From Bugula neritina (Eukaryota > Animalia > Bryozoa), in contig CAXIUT010000249.1 of assembly GCA_964035545.1 (NCBI GenBank), positions 1 to 34,780 of the forward strand: a DNA stretch of 34,780 nt, given 5' to 3'. Of the stretch, positions 1 through 12,058 are shown one piece after another. The stretch's first letter is position 1, and the number at the start of each line of letters is the position of its first letter. Below the pieces are notes generated by a model. The model ran no database searches. It was not told the DNA's origin and saw only the letters and a program-made list of their open reading frames with translations. The position numbers were made by a program, and so were the translations under genes.

Positions 1-75
1 CCCAACCCCAACCCCAACCCCAACCCCAACCCCAACCCCAACCCCAACCCCAACCCCAACCCCAACCCCAACCCC
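1..75. repeat. Terminal telomere (CCCCAA)n, left chromosome end
   Basis: About 12.5 C4A2 units at the window start in left-end orientation; same repeat unit as Tetrahymena G4T2 telomeres. Confidence 0.95.
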
Positions 76-130
76 ATGTTCAATTATTACTCTAATATCA
101 AATTGACTTATAATTAGACTATTGACTGAT

Positions 131-2038
131 ATGAACTTCATCATCTCTCCTACTTAAATCAAAACTCAACCATAAGAAACTTGGTCATAAACTCTCAAAA
201 AAATTTTACTTCGCAGGAATCAAAAGTATATTGATAATCACCCCTAACCTTAAAAATTTGTCAGCAGCTAAAGATTATGGGATGCTCTTTCCTCAAAAAA
301 CCCAATCAAATAAACTCATGACTATTTAATCGAATTCAGAGGTCAAGGTCCTTACAGTGAATACATTCCTATAAGTAAAAATTAGTATTTTGCTAATGAA
401 GTTGTATCATGCATTCCTTATCTCAGACATCTGTCAGAACAAAATACTCATAAATACTAAAAATAAATGCTTAAAATTTCTTAAAGATTGAAAAATAATG
501 ATAGCTATGATGAATGGAAGTGTATTTGTGATGATTTTATCCCAGGATTAGACCTTGAACAACTTACTTATGGATACTTGTAATTGTTGGCTTTTGGAGC
601 AGGAATTTTACAGTAACTATCAAAATAACTGAAATGTCAAAAAAAAACTTTACTTTTTGTGCTTTTATAAATGAAAAAATACTTTTCTTCTTAAAGTCAA
701 CTTAGTTCTTTTTCAGTATCAATATAAAATGGATAAAAAATAACTTTATAAAACTTATCTAAAACCCAAAAATGTCTTTACTGTTCAATCTGTTAGATCT
801 ATGACTGTCCTAAACACCAAATATCAGATCTAGCTAATATTCATAACTATCAATACAGACCATTTTATAATTAGACTATCAAAATATAAACAAGAAAACT
901 CGATTTATTCTACATCATCGATAAGATGTCTTAAATTTATCAAGAAAAATAAATAAAAGTAACTGATAGTCAGTGTTCTTCATAATGTTATAAATTGCTT
1001 AACAATGTATCTTGGAATAAAATATGCAAAAAAAGATAGAAGCATTCCTTCTCCACTGTTTATACCCTACTGATAAAAATGGGAATATAAATGTATCATT
1101 TTAAACCTTGTTAAATTATCTCTCTTTTTCCTAAATAATAAAAAAATATCACCTGTTCAGATATTTTCTACTATCTCATCAATAGATAAAAAATATTCTA
1201 AAAAATCAAGTATAAATTCTACTCTTCTTAAATAAAGTATCTTCTCAATCAAAGTCAAAATAATGAATCTTCTCTTGATATCAAAAAAGGAGTCAAGCAC
1301 AAATCTACCAAAAAATTAGCATTAGCTAATTCTAATAAGCATAATCAATATAACTCAATTTGCCTTCACTACTTTTTAGATTCTTAGCCTAAAGACATAA
1401 CATGTGCTGAATGTCAATGCCAATAAAGAGGCTATTGTCTTCCTTAGTGTCAATGCTCAAAAAATTGTGTTATTCCTTTACTTGGCTGCAGATGTAAGGG
1501 CATTAATGGATGTATGAACGGTTGTCCATGTAAAAAAGCCAATAGAGCCTGTATTCCTAATATTTGTTAAAATTGTTTTAGTTTTAACAGTTTTTCTTGT
1601 AATAATAATGCGATTGCTTTTAATCATCCGAAATTGACAAGAGTTGGAATGTCAACAATTAGCAATGCTGGACTGGGACTTTTTGCTGGATAATTTATTC
1701 CCAAGAATGCATTTATCATTAAATATATAGGATAAATAGTTGAGAGTTAGAGTCTTTAGAAAATACGAGAAGATCTTTCAAAAGATAGTATTTTTTATAA
1801 TTTTAAACTTAATAAAAATCAAAGTGTTGACTCTAGGTTCATTGGAAATAAAGCTAGATTTATGAATCACTCAAAATAAAAATAAAATGTAAGAGTTTAA
1901 GTTGTAAAAATACTGGAAGAATAAATTTTGATATTTAGAGCTCTAAAAGACATCAAAGAAGGTTATGAATTACTTTTCAACTACAATGGAGCAGGAGAAC
2001 TAAACGATTTCAAGTAAAAGTTTAAATTTATTAAATGA
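131..2038 (+). CDS. Enhancer of zeste-like (EZL/EZH family) CXC+SET histone H3K27 methyltransferase
   Basis: 635 aa with no in-frame TGA when TAR=Glu. Cys-rich CXC region (CAECQC..GYCLPECQCSKNC..GCRCK..CPCKKANRACIPNIC) followed by SET motifs GLGLFAG, YIGEIV, IGNKARFMNHS and ELLFNY. Confidence 0.88.
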
Positions 2039-2102
2039 TTGATTGTCTATTGATTTGATAGGAAGATAAGTAAATATAATAACTGATGATATCATTTTTT
2101 TG

Positions 2103-3452
2103 TCACATTTTTCCTGTTCTTTTTGATTTGAGGGAATGTTTTCCTTTTTTTGAAGTATCTTTGCTATCACTTTTGATTAAAACTATTTAATTTTTAGTTT
2201 TAGCATATTTCTTCATTATCAAAAACATTGAAAGTAATCCTAAAGAATATGAGAAAAATATTCTCAAATAACTGAACCAATCCTCAGAATTGTCATCCTA
2301 AATAACCTCATCTTTCTATTCAGAACTACTTATAATCTATTGAAGAATAATTTTTTAAGTAGATGAATGATTTCCTTCCTTAATTTTATCAAAAGACTGC
2401 TCAAAAGGTTGTTCAAGAGATTATTCAAAAAGTAGTTCTAGAGATATATCTTCAAGAGAGTTGAATTAATATCCACTTATTCTACTTGAAAAATTGTTAG
2501 TAAATAATTATTCTTCAATACTTAGAGTTCCTTTCCCAATAGTTATATATTCATTATCGAAATCAAAAGTCTATTTTAAGAGTGATTTTGACCTTACGTA
2601 CTTTTAGATATTTTTGTTTGATTTAATATTTTCAAACATTGAGAAAGGCATCATATTATCACCAAGATTAATATCTTTGAATTCATAAGAACCACAAGTT
2701 TTTAAAACTTCCTTAAGAACACTATTTTGTCTTTAATAAATGAAGTATAATCCTGCATTTTAAATTTTATCATGTTTAGAATAATTTGATACTTGATGTT
2801 TATTCTATAAAAAGGAACTTTTAGAAAATGAAGTAATAAAAGTCTTCATATTAAACATCTTAGCTCCATTCCATCTATGTATAGGTTTTCCTCTTGTTTT
2901 TCCCTCTTTATGAACAATTTGTCGGTCCAAAAATTGGTAATAAACCTGCATAGTTGTCTCAGCAGAATTTAATTTTCTTTGAATAAAGGTCTCTATAGTT
3001 TTTGAATTAATAATTTAATTAATATCACTCATTATGATGATATCTTTAGTATCAGCTAAAGCTTTGAGGGTTTGATGAAGTGATTGATAAGTATAGAGTT
3101 TATTCTTTAATTTTTGTTGTTGATTCAACTATTTTTTTTGATAAGGTAAGTTTCTTAAAGGTATATAGAGGATTTTATCAGAATATGTTTGATAGTTGGT
3201 AATATTAAACGAAAAGCTCCCTTCTTCAATAATAACAAAATAATCGACCATAGAATACATACTTATGAATTTAAGTTCAAGGTTATGATTTTATCCCTTA
3301 TAAACAAAACAATCAAAGACCTTCACATTGCCTTTATCAATTGATTGTTCAAGAATTTAAGCTTTTTAAAGGTTTGAATTCGCTAATATGAACAGAATAG
3401 CAATAATTAGCACTTTAGTTGAAGTCAAGAATAGTTGATTCATGATTTTCAT
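2103..3452 (-). CDS. Glycosyltransferase family 17 (MGAT3-like) protein
   Basis: 449 aa, intronless. N-terminal hydrophobic anchor, then KVFDCFVYKGENHNLELKFISMYSMVDYFVIIE and DIIIMSDINEII, resembling the GT17 motifs (..VDYFVIVE, SDVDEIP). Acidic low-complexity tail. Confidence 0.75.
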
Positions 3453-3568
3453 GATAGAAATTCTCTAGAAAGTTTAAATTATAATGAATTAATCAAACGA
3501 ACATTTAATAATAAAAATATTGCTTTCATTAGTAAAGTGATATTAGTATTGAATTAATGAATTGTTCA

Positions 3569-4678
3569 TCATATGTTGTTTCCTTGGTCCATACTTAAAG
3601 GACCTGATACATACTCATTGGGAGGAGTGAATTTGGGTCCATACCATCCCTTAGCCTTGTATATCTCCTCAAGTTGTGTCACAATGAAGTATATCGCATA
3701 AACTGCTATACAACCAAATATGATAGCGAACTTAGGCTTCACTCCTTCTCCGAACAAGATAATACTCACAAACAAAGCGCCTACCAAGGTAATGGATATA
3801 GAGACGATCCATCCCTCTAAGCCGTATTGCTCCCTATTTCCTCCTGAAAAGATGATAGTTTATCCTGTTTTAGGATCTCTACCTGTTAAAGGAACATCAT
3901 GAATGATATCATAGATAATTCCAGAGCAACAAATGATAAAAACAGCCTAAATATATAAATATATACAATGCTTCCGACCAGCCAGAAGATCCAATGGTTC
4001 CATAAGAACGCCATTCTAGTATACACATAGACTCCAGCAAAAGCGATAGTGATAAATCCAAAGAACATCTGTAACATAGTCAATAGAGGAGGTTTATAAA
4101 TAACATCTTTTCCAGTTCTTTTATTAACAAAATCAAGCATTTTATGAGTAGTGACATGACCATCAGTGTGACTAATACTCCACTTAAATGATTGCAAGTA
4201 CATTTTACGTTATACTTCACTTACGACTGACATGTGAGGCTTAGATACGACCAGATTGGGAGCACCTTTGAAGCCGAATTGCTAGTAAATATGCATTATT
4301 TCTTTGTTGTAGGTCATCACTGCAAAGAAAGTAGGATAGTTATCTTGCTGGATGCCTCCAACCTTGTCGTAGAGGTTCACCAAATATTCATACTCGGGGT
4401 AGAGTTCACTTGGTTAAGGATAAAATACTCACAAAAAGTGCAGGTTCGAGCTGTAAAGTAGATTACCACATCATAGGGTCTTGGATACTTCATCACAAAC
4501 TCTCTAAATGACCAATATAGTACTGAAAGTCTGCATGATTGAACTCGATAATTCTATTTCTAGTTTGAAGAGAGCGTTCTCTGAGTCTTTGAAGGCGAAT
4601 GGTGCCCTGGTCAAGCTCATCCTAGCAGACTGCTGCTACTACCAACAGAAAAACCAACGTGGCTATTTTTAACTTCAT
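3569..4678 (-). CDS. Oligosaccharyltransferase OST3/OST6 (TUSC3/MAGT1) family subunit
   Basis: Signal peptide, thioredoxin-like PRPYDVVIYFTARTCTFCD (CxxC), then IFSGGNREQYGLEG and TM segments. Introns 3947-3966, 4409-4428 and 4504-4523 (all 20 nt) restore one frame of 349 aa. Confidence 0.9.
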
Positions 4679-4781
4679 AATGATATATATCTCAGATTAA
4701 TTAAATAGTAAATTTAAGATAAGATCAAAATATAAATAAATTAGATGAATACATAATTAAATTTAAAGATGAACAAATCAT

Positions 4782-6509
4782 TCAGAATTCTGTCACTAAA
4801 TGATATTTTTCTTCATAGTTATAGACATCGTTTTTCAAATTTCTAGGACAGACATCCATATTTTAGTTATCATAGTTAGACTCAGCCAAGTAGCAAGTTA
4901 CCAACCCTTAAGCTGCATTCGAATGAATATCCACAAAATGAGTGGCCATCAAGTAGCAATTACATATCACGATAGCTAAAGTAAACAAACTGACATAATT
5001 TGTTCTGGCCTAAAAGATAATAATGGTAACCAAAACAGACAGAGTTACCACAAATATTTGGGCAGCAATTCGATAGAGTCTCAAGCAAGTATCATCACTT
5101 GAAAACAAATGAGTGTTTTCACAAATAGCCTGACATTGACGAGCAGCATTGCAATATGGAACTCCACTTAAATGAATATAAGCATAAGCATCTGCTCTTG
5201 CCAAATCAAAGAAACTGAAACAACAATAACACACTTAATGACAGCATTTATTGCATCGACCGCAACTTCCTCGAGGATTGCACTGAATAAAATAGAAAGT
5301 ACTCGGAATATGTCGAATATTATCCCAAATAAGTTGAGAAAAGCATTCATAAAAGATCCAGCCACGACAGAACCAAAATTTTTACAGAAGTAGCGACTAA
5401 CTGGGCGACAGCAGTCAACTGACTTTTGAGAAACATTCTAATTGAAATACCATTCAACAGCATATCCTGAAATGAGATAGTTGACTATATATTATAAAGG
5501 CTACATGTATCTCTTATGAACTGAATTCCCCAGACAAATTCAATTCCATTAAGGACTTGAAGGAAGGTGTTTTGCTTGATCTGTTTGAAGACTCTGTCAG
5601 TTGTCCAAGATGGCTCGTTATTCGAACCAAAGGCAATGAACTGCCAGGCACATAGAACAAATAATCCAAAACTCATGACCATGAATAGAGGTATATATGC
5701 GAACAGGATAGCATTCTCTTTTAAAAATACATTCGCATAAGTTAAGAAAATCGAAGCAAGTTCTATTTCTTCCTGCTGACAAAAGAGAAGGATTATGAAG
5801 AAAATAGCCAAAAGGATAAGAATGATACCAATAATGATGTTACCAGAATTACCTTGGAAAGCTAGCAACTTCATAGGTTGCACTATTAGCAAGATACCGG
5901 CCACAAGCAAGACAATAGTTGCTAAAACAAAAGCAGCATAGGTCATTACTTTAGGAATTATTATAAAAATAACCAAATATAGTAACCCGATACAAGCACT
6001 GATTCCAAGAGCTATCAGAGCTACCTACCAACCGTGAATGCTACTCATCCTTGAGTTGATAGAATGATTTTACCAAAACTTTTACTTTACTGATTCATCT
6101 CTTGGTTCACAAATTCCTCCCAAACGGTGAATTGTGTCTCTACTATCATAAGTACTAGTTATCCCTGAACAGCTAACTCCATTGGCGCATTGGATACTTT
6201 GTCCATTTTGAGGACACTATGCTACACAGTACCGTTATTTAGAGGGGTCAAGAGGGTTTTTAAAGAAAACATAAGGAGCGTCATCTACGTCGAAGTAGCA
6301 TAGTTTTCCATTACTATCAGTGGGGTAGTTAACTTCGAGAAAATGACCTGAGTTAGGCGGGTAGTACGTTTGTTGAAGAAGAAACATGCGATGATGAAGA
6401 GAGTTAAGGCGAAGATGGCACCAATAATGGTGCAGCAGCAATCAGTCCATTTACGTTCTTTCTCTTCGACAGGAAAGTTTTGGAAACTGAAGACGTTCTT
6501 GGCAAACAT
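4782..6509 (-). CDS. Choline transporter-like (CTL/SLC44) membrane protein
   Basis: RKWTDCCC and YPTDSNGKLC N-terminal motifs, many TM helices, KNFGSVVAGS and DAYAYIHLSGVPYCNAA. Introns 5283-5302, 5485-5504 and 6348-6367 (20 nt each); 555 aa. Confidence 0.9.
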
Positions 6510-6662
6510 TAATCTAATAAAATTTATTTTTAAAATATCTAATTTATTCATGATTCGAACTACATCAAACAACCTTTCTCATAGTTCATAATTATGATTC
6601 ATTTTAAAAATAATAAATAAAAGATAAATACGATAAGATGTTTTAAAATAAAGTCAAGCATA

Positions 6663-8149
6663 TCATTAAATCATTGGAAGAAAATTCTTCTACTTTTAAA
6701 ATAGCTACATCATCAAATTTCTAAAATCTCTAAAACTAAACTATTTTAAACTAGAATCCTTTAATAATAAACTTAAATTAACCCCTTGGATCGAATGACT
6801 TATTTATTCTTGACTAATTACCTGATTCTTATTAGTGTCTAGCTCCTAAAATATCTTTCTTAATGTTTTCTAACAGGTTTTTTTTCTCATAAAAGTAGTA
6901 GCTACCACAAAATCATTAAATTCTATCGAACATTAACGATGCTTATTGGAGGAGGCAAAGATACGCTCAACATTTTACACAGCTGCTTAGTGATCAAGTC
7001 CAAAAGTATTCTAAAGTCCCTCAACCAGTTAGTCAAAATCTATTTTGCCATCTTTATTTTTATCTAAATTATAAAACTCTATTAAGTTCTATGATTTTTC
7101 AACTACAGAAAGGATATTTAAACCGGCATACATCGAAAAAACTGCTTTTAAATTCATTTGTACCTATTTTAAAAGATATTTACCCTATAATGCAAAAGCC
7201 TCTCAAGTACTATAGCTTTATTTTCTTTCAAAGTTGCCTCTTTAGACCCCTTAAGGTCAAATATTTCGTGTTTTAATGCATTTTAGACATTAATCCTTTT
7301 TTAGGGACTTACCTAAAGCATTTTTGTCAAAAAATCAATAATAGTATCTTTCTCTTTTTCATTTAAATGTTGTTTTTCTACTATTTCCTTTAAAATAAGC
7401 TATTTTTTCTCACTAAAATCTTAAAAATGTCTTTGCCCACTGAGTAATTACATAAAAATGACTCCACATCCCCAAATATCTTGTTTATCGACCCACTGTT
7501 CATTGCTTCTTTCAGGAGGAGTAAAGATGGAAGGTTGTCCAATAGAATTAGATCTAATGGGAGCTCCTATTCTATGAGCATTTCCGAATCCTGTTAACTT
7601 CACCAAGATAGAATGTTTTTTTTATAATTGGACTACCATTATATGTTCAGGGCAAATTGCCTTATGTGCATAACCCTTTTGGTGACAAAAGTTAAGAGCT
7701 ATAAGTAATTGTTTTATAAATTAGATAACCATTTATAAGTTATGAAAAAATCCTTGACAACAGAGGTCGTAGATAGATTTTCCTGGTATTTTTTCCATGA
7801 TTAAATACAGATTTCTATGTTCACTGAAGTATTATACTAGTTGAACAATGTTAGGATGGTTTAAATGTTTCAATATATTAACCTCTTGAAAGGATCTGAA
7901 GAGATCTTCTTGTTTGCTAGCTGTTTTTATTTTACACATTCTGACAACTCGACTATTTCTTTCGAGAACTTATCTAATGAGGACTGATCCTCTTGAAACT
8001 ACTTTTGAAAAATGATAGAGTTCGAAAACATCTCCTCTTTGCCGATCTATTAAATGATGTAATTAGAGTTTTGCTTATTCCTAACTGATGGAACTATCTC
8101 CTAAAGTAGTTACTGGATTGTTTTGAACTAATGATGAATCACATCCCAT
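6663..8149 (-). CDS. CDPK-like protein (kinase fold + EF-hands), probable pseudokinase
   Basis: MGC N-terminus, EVNILKHLNHPNIVQL..LYLIME kinase segment, EF-hand loops DKNKDGKIDFDE and DTNKNQVISQEE. Intron 7164-7183 (20 nt); 488 aa. The HRD position reads HKA and the DFG position reads GFG. Confidence 0.85.
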
Positions 8150-8683
8150 TCTTCCAAAATAATGATTAAATAGAATTATAATGTTTTGTCAATAACAGAA
8201 AATCAACGTTCTTTTAATAGATTAAATGATAAAAAATATTAATCCTGCGAGTTTCTACTTCTAATACAAGAACAAATGTCTTCTAGAGACTAATATTTTG
8301 AACCCAGTATACTTCTAACATAGATTAAAAGCTATCTTTCTAAAAAATGAAATAAATAAAGAATATTATTAAAATAAATCAAACAGAAATCATATTTCTT
8401 TTAAATTATTAATATCAATAAATATTTATCATTAAACTTAATCTATCAATTTTAGCTAAAGTTGCCTTATTCGATAAAAAATCAAAAAACATAAAAAAAA
8501 AAAAATCTGCTTATGAGTTGTCTTCATGTTTATTGATTATTTAATCGATAAAATTCACAATTATACTAATCGCTAATTTTACTTTTAATTATTGAAGTGG
8601 CATTATGCTATGGCAATATAATATATCAAAAGTTGCTAGTTTGACCAGTCAATTGAAGTGATCCATTCGTTAATCATAGAATT

Positions 8684-9943
8684 ATGAGTACAGAACGTCT
8701 GCTTCAAGCTGACCGCTTCTTACCCTGTCGCAAACCAAACAATCCTCTTAACACCCTCCCTTCCAGTGACTGCTCAACCACTCTATCGACTGCCTCTTCA
8801 AATATATCTCACCTTTCTCTCATCCATGAGCAAACTAAATGTCTTTCTTTTTCAAGCAAGGTAACCTCTCAATCTTTGGGATAAAGCATGAACACATACA
8901 CTTTTGCTAAAGATTACAGTATGTTCAAGAAACAAGCATTGGAAATGAAAAAGAACGAAATGAAAAAGACTCATAAAATTACAGCACAAAGAATTCTATA
9001 AGCGCCAGATGTTGAAGACAACTTCTATTTAAACGTTTTTGATCGATCAACTCAAGGAAAACTAGCCATTGGATTAGCTGATTAGTGCTACTTTTACGAA
9101 GAATAAGGCATCACTCAATTATCACTTCAAAGTTAGTATTAGAACAATCCTACATGCTTGAAATTCAATAAATTAGGAAGCATTCTCTTTATTGGTACGA
9201 ACAAGGGTCAAATTCAAATCATTGATGCTGAAAAAATGAAGTGCACAAGGAAAATCAAAAGCCACTTGCAAAGAATAGGATGTATTTAAAATACATAGAG
9301 CTGGGGTTTTTTAAGTGGATCAAAAGATAAAATGATAGCTCATCACGATATTCGCATGGAAAATCCAATCATTTTGAAAGTACTATCCCATAAACAGTAA
9401 GTTTGTGGCATTTCTATCAAAAATAATACTATTGCTTCGGGAAGTAATGATGGAAATGTTAATATTTGGGATCTAAGAAACAGATAAAAATTCAATTCTA
9501 TCAGATTACATAAAAGCGCAGTCAAAGCAATTGAGTGGTGTCCTTGGAAAGTTGATTTATTAGCTACTGGAGGAGGAACCAAAGACCACTCTATCGTCCT
9601 TTGGAATAATCAGAAATCGGAGGTAGAAAAAATTCTTGATGGAAAAAGTCAAGTTACTTGTCTTAAATGGAGATAAAATACGAGAGATCTTGTTACCACT
9701 CATGGTTCTATTCGAGCTGGTTATGGACTTATATGGAATATTGAAGAAAGTCATTACAAGGCAGTTTTGAAAGGACATGATAGCAGAATTCTTGGTCTGG
9801 CAATCGAAGGAGATCACAGTCTTTGGACTTTAGGATCAGATCAGACTCTAAGATTTTGGAATTTACCTTAAAGTTCTCATGAAAGTTAAACTATTGAAAC
9901 AAAACATCGAGATCAAAGTGCCCTTGGATTAACCTTGAAGTGA
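8684..9943 (+). CDS. CDC20: Cdc20/Fizzy-family WD40 APC/C coactivator
   Basis: C-box DRFLPCR, RILEAPDVEDNFYLNV, HKQEVCG, IASGSNDG, HKSAVKAIEWCPWKVDLLATGGGTKD, GSDQTLRFW; 419 aa, intronless. The Cdc20 versus Cdh1 subfamily was not rigorously resolved. Confidence 0.9.
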
Positions 9944-10023
9944 TTGTTTATTATTTGTGTTGATAATTATCAATAGAATATTTGTTTTGATAGAAAAAAT
10001 AATGAAAATCAATTCGAAAGGAG

Positions 10024-11067
10024 TCAATACACTGCTTTTCGATTATAACTGATTGAAACTTTATCCATTCCTTCCCACGACTGAATTTTAAACCCGATTC
10101 TTTCAAAATATCCTCGATATTCTTCTTTACTGACAATCATGTCTAATCTTTCGATATATGTTCCTTCTTTATCTGACAAAAACTCAAGAATAGCTTAAAA
10201 TAATCTACTTTTGATAGACTCTTTAAACAAAATATACTTCTTTATTCTACATTTAGAACTAGTTTTAGTTACAGTTACTGAAGGAACAAGAATACCATAA
10301 AACTGAGGATATGATTTGGGTGGTAGCCAAATAGTAAGTATGTTATGTTTAACTTTGCTTATCATTTTATCTATTCTTTAAAGAGAAAGTTATTATTTTT
10401 ACGGATTACGCTCAGGTGATACGACTTACTCAGTTTCAGTAACTATTTTTCTGATTACTTTTCTTTTGATCTTATTTGGTGTTACAGCATTAGAATGGCG
10501 AGTAATATCTTACCTTGATATCGTGGTTGAGAGATTTGATTATTTATGGGCAGGATTAAAGAGATGATAAGGTAGATGATTTTTTGTTGAGAGATGATCT
10601 TTGATCAATTCTATTCTCCATTATTTATTATTTTTTGAATGTTTGCTTGTGTTTCCTTCATCGAACTATCTAAGATTTGAAACTAATTTTTATTACAGTT
10701 TTTGTTTAAAGGATAGTTGTTTGTTCAAATATTTATTCAGTATAGGTTATTTTTATACCTTTTTGTTATATCTTAATTAATTTTAAAGAGGAGACTATTC
10801 GCTCCAAATGTCAAAACCATATGTAAGCAATCGATGCTGCTTATTGATATAACTTAATAGATCTTCAGATAAACGTTTTTTGACCTCACTGGTAAAAATA
10901 AATCCATGTAAAGACCGTAAATTATCACTTTTAAGAATTTCATCAATTTTTTTTACTTCCTCCATCAAAGCTTCTTCCTCTTTCTTAGAATCAATCTCAC
11001 CTTTGCTTTTTAATTTGGGAAGTATAGCAACTTTACGTTTTCCATAACCAGTATTTTCCCTTCGCAT
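10024..11067 (-). CDS. Hypothetical protein
   Basis: 347 aa ATG..TGA frame with no internal TGA (MRRENTGYGKRK...SYNRKAVY), filling the gap between neighbours; no family recognised. Confidence 0.65.
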
Positions 11068-11157
11068 TACTTGCAAAGATAATAAAATAAATAGCTATTT
11101 ACTTAATTAGAGCAAAACATCATTATAGTTAAAATTTAACAATGAAACAAACAAATT

Positions 11158-11977
11158 TCATATTATAAAATCTTTCTTCACCAATAACTTTTATTCCATC
11201 TTCTTTTTAAATTACTTATTTTTTATTTATAAATCCCTTAGCACCTTCTACTGAGCAATTTTGTTAATCCTTTAAGCCTCTTTTATCTAGTTATACTTTT
11301 CTCTCAACTATTCAAGTTCATTTCGTTGTTTAGCCTTGAGACTAGCCAATTGGGCCTCAGTAAGTTCTTTTTAAGTTGCTATTTATGATTTTATTCGCTT
11401 GACTATTCTAACGTTTCTCTATATTCCTAAATTATGAGCTATTTTCGATCTAAATTAGGATCACTTACACTCCTTTCAATACTCTATGCTGTTTATCTTC
11501 TTTATCTATAACATATTTTCTTAATTGAGCCTCTTATTCCTGACATTTTTATATTTTTCTTTTTTTAGCTAGAATTTTTTCTTTTCTTTAATTCTCCTCT
11601 TTGAGTTTATTGACCTTTTCTGCAAGTATATTTTGATATTTTTAATCAATCTCCATTTGTTTCAAAAAGTATCGATACTTTTCTTGTCTTTTCCTTAAAG
11701 CCTATTCGATTTATTTATCGTTAACTTCGACCATCAACCTATCTCCATGTTCAATTTTCTCTATTGCATTGGAAACTATTTGCTTCATTTGTGCATTATA
11801 TCCCTCTTTGTGCCCAAATGGTTAAGGATCAAGTGTGCATTCCCTAATTATTTTACCACTGTTTTTCGCTTTTTTCTTCTAATTTTTATTTCCAACCTTT
11901 TCAAAGCACTCTTCTTCCTCACTTGAATCGATATAGACAAATTGATTCAAATGTTGTACTGATTGAGCATGTTTCAT
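11158..11977 (-). CDS. Hypothetical coiled-coil protein
   Basis: E/K-rich frame from MKHAQSVQH. A 19-nt GTAAGT..TAG intron (11450-11468) links it to the coiled-coil C-terminus ending KDFII*. Confidence 0.7.
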
Positions 11978-12058
11978 TGATGGTTATTTTCTTTTTAAAC
12001 TATTTAATATAATCAATACTACTATTACAATATTTAATATTGAAGTCAGATAAATTGA

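Noticed and set aside
6638-7276. Long TGA-free + strand frame
   Set aside because: It is the antisense shadow of the EF-hand half of the CDPK-like gene; long spurious frames are expected with a single stop codon.
9951-10136. Track ORF read as the C-terminus of the 10024-11067 gene
   Set aside because: It is in a different frame and would run deep into Cdc20 antisense; the contiguous frame ends cleanly at TGA 10024.
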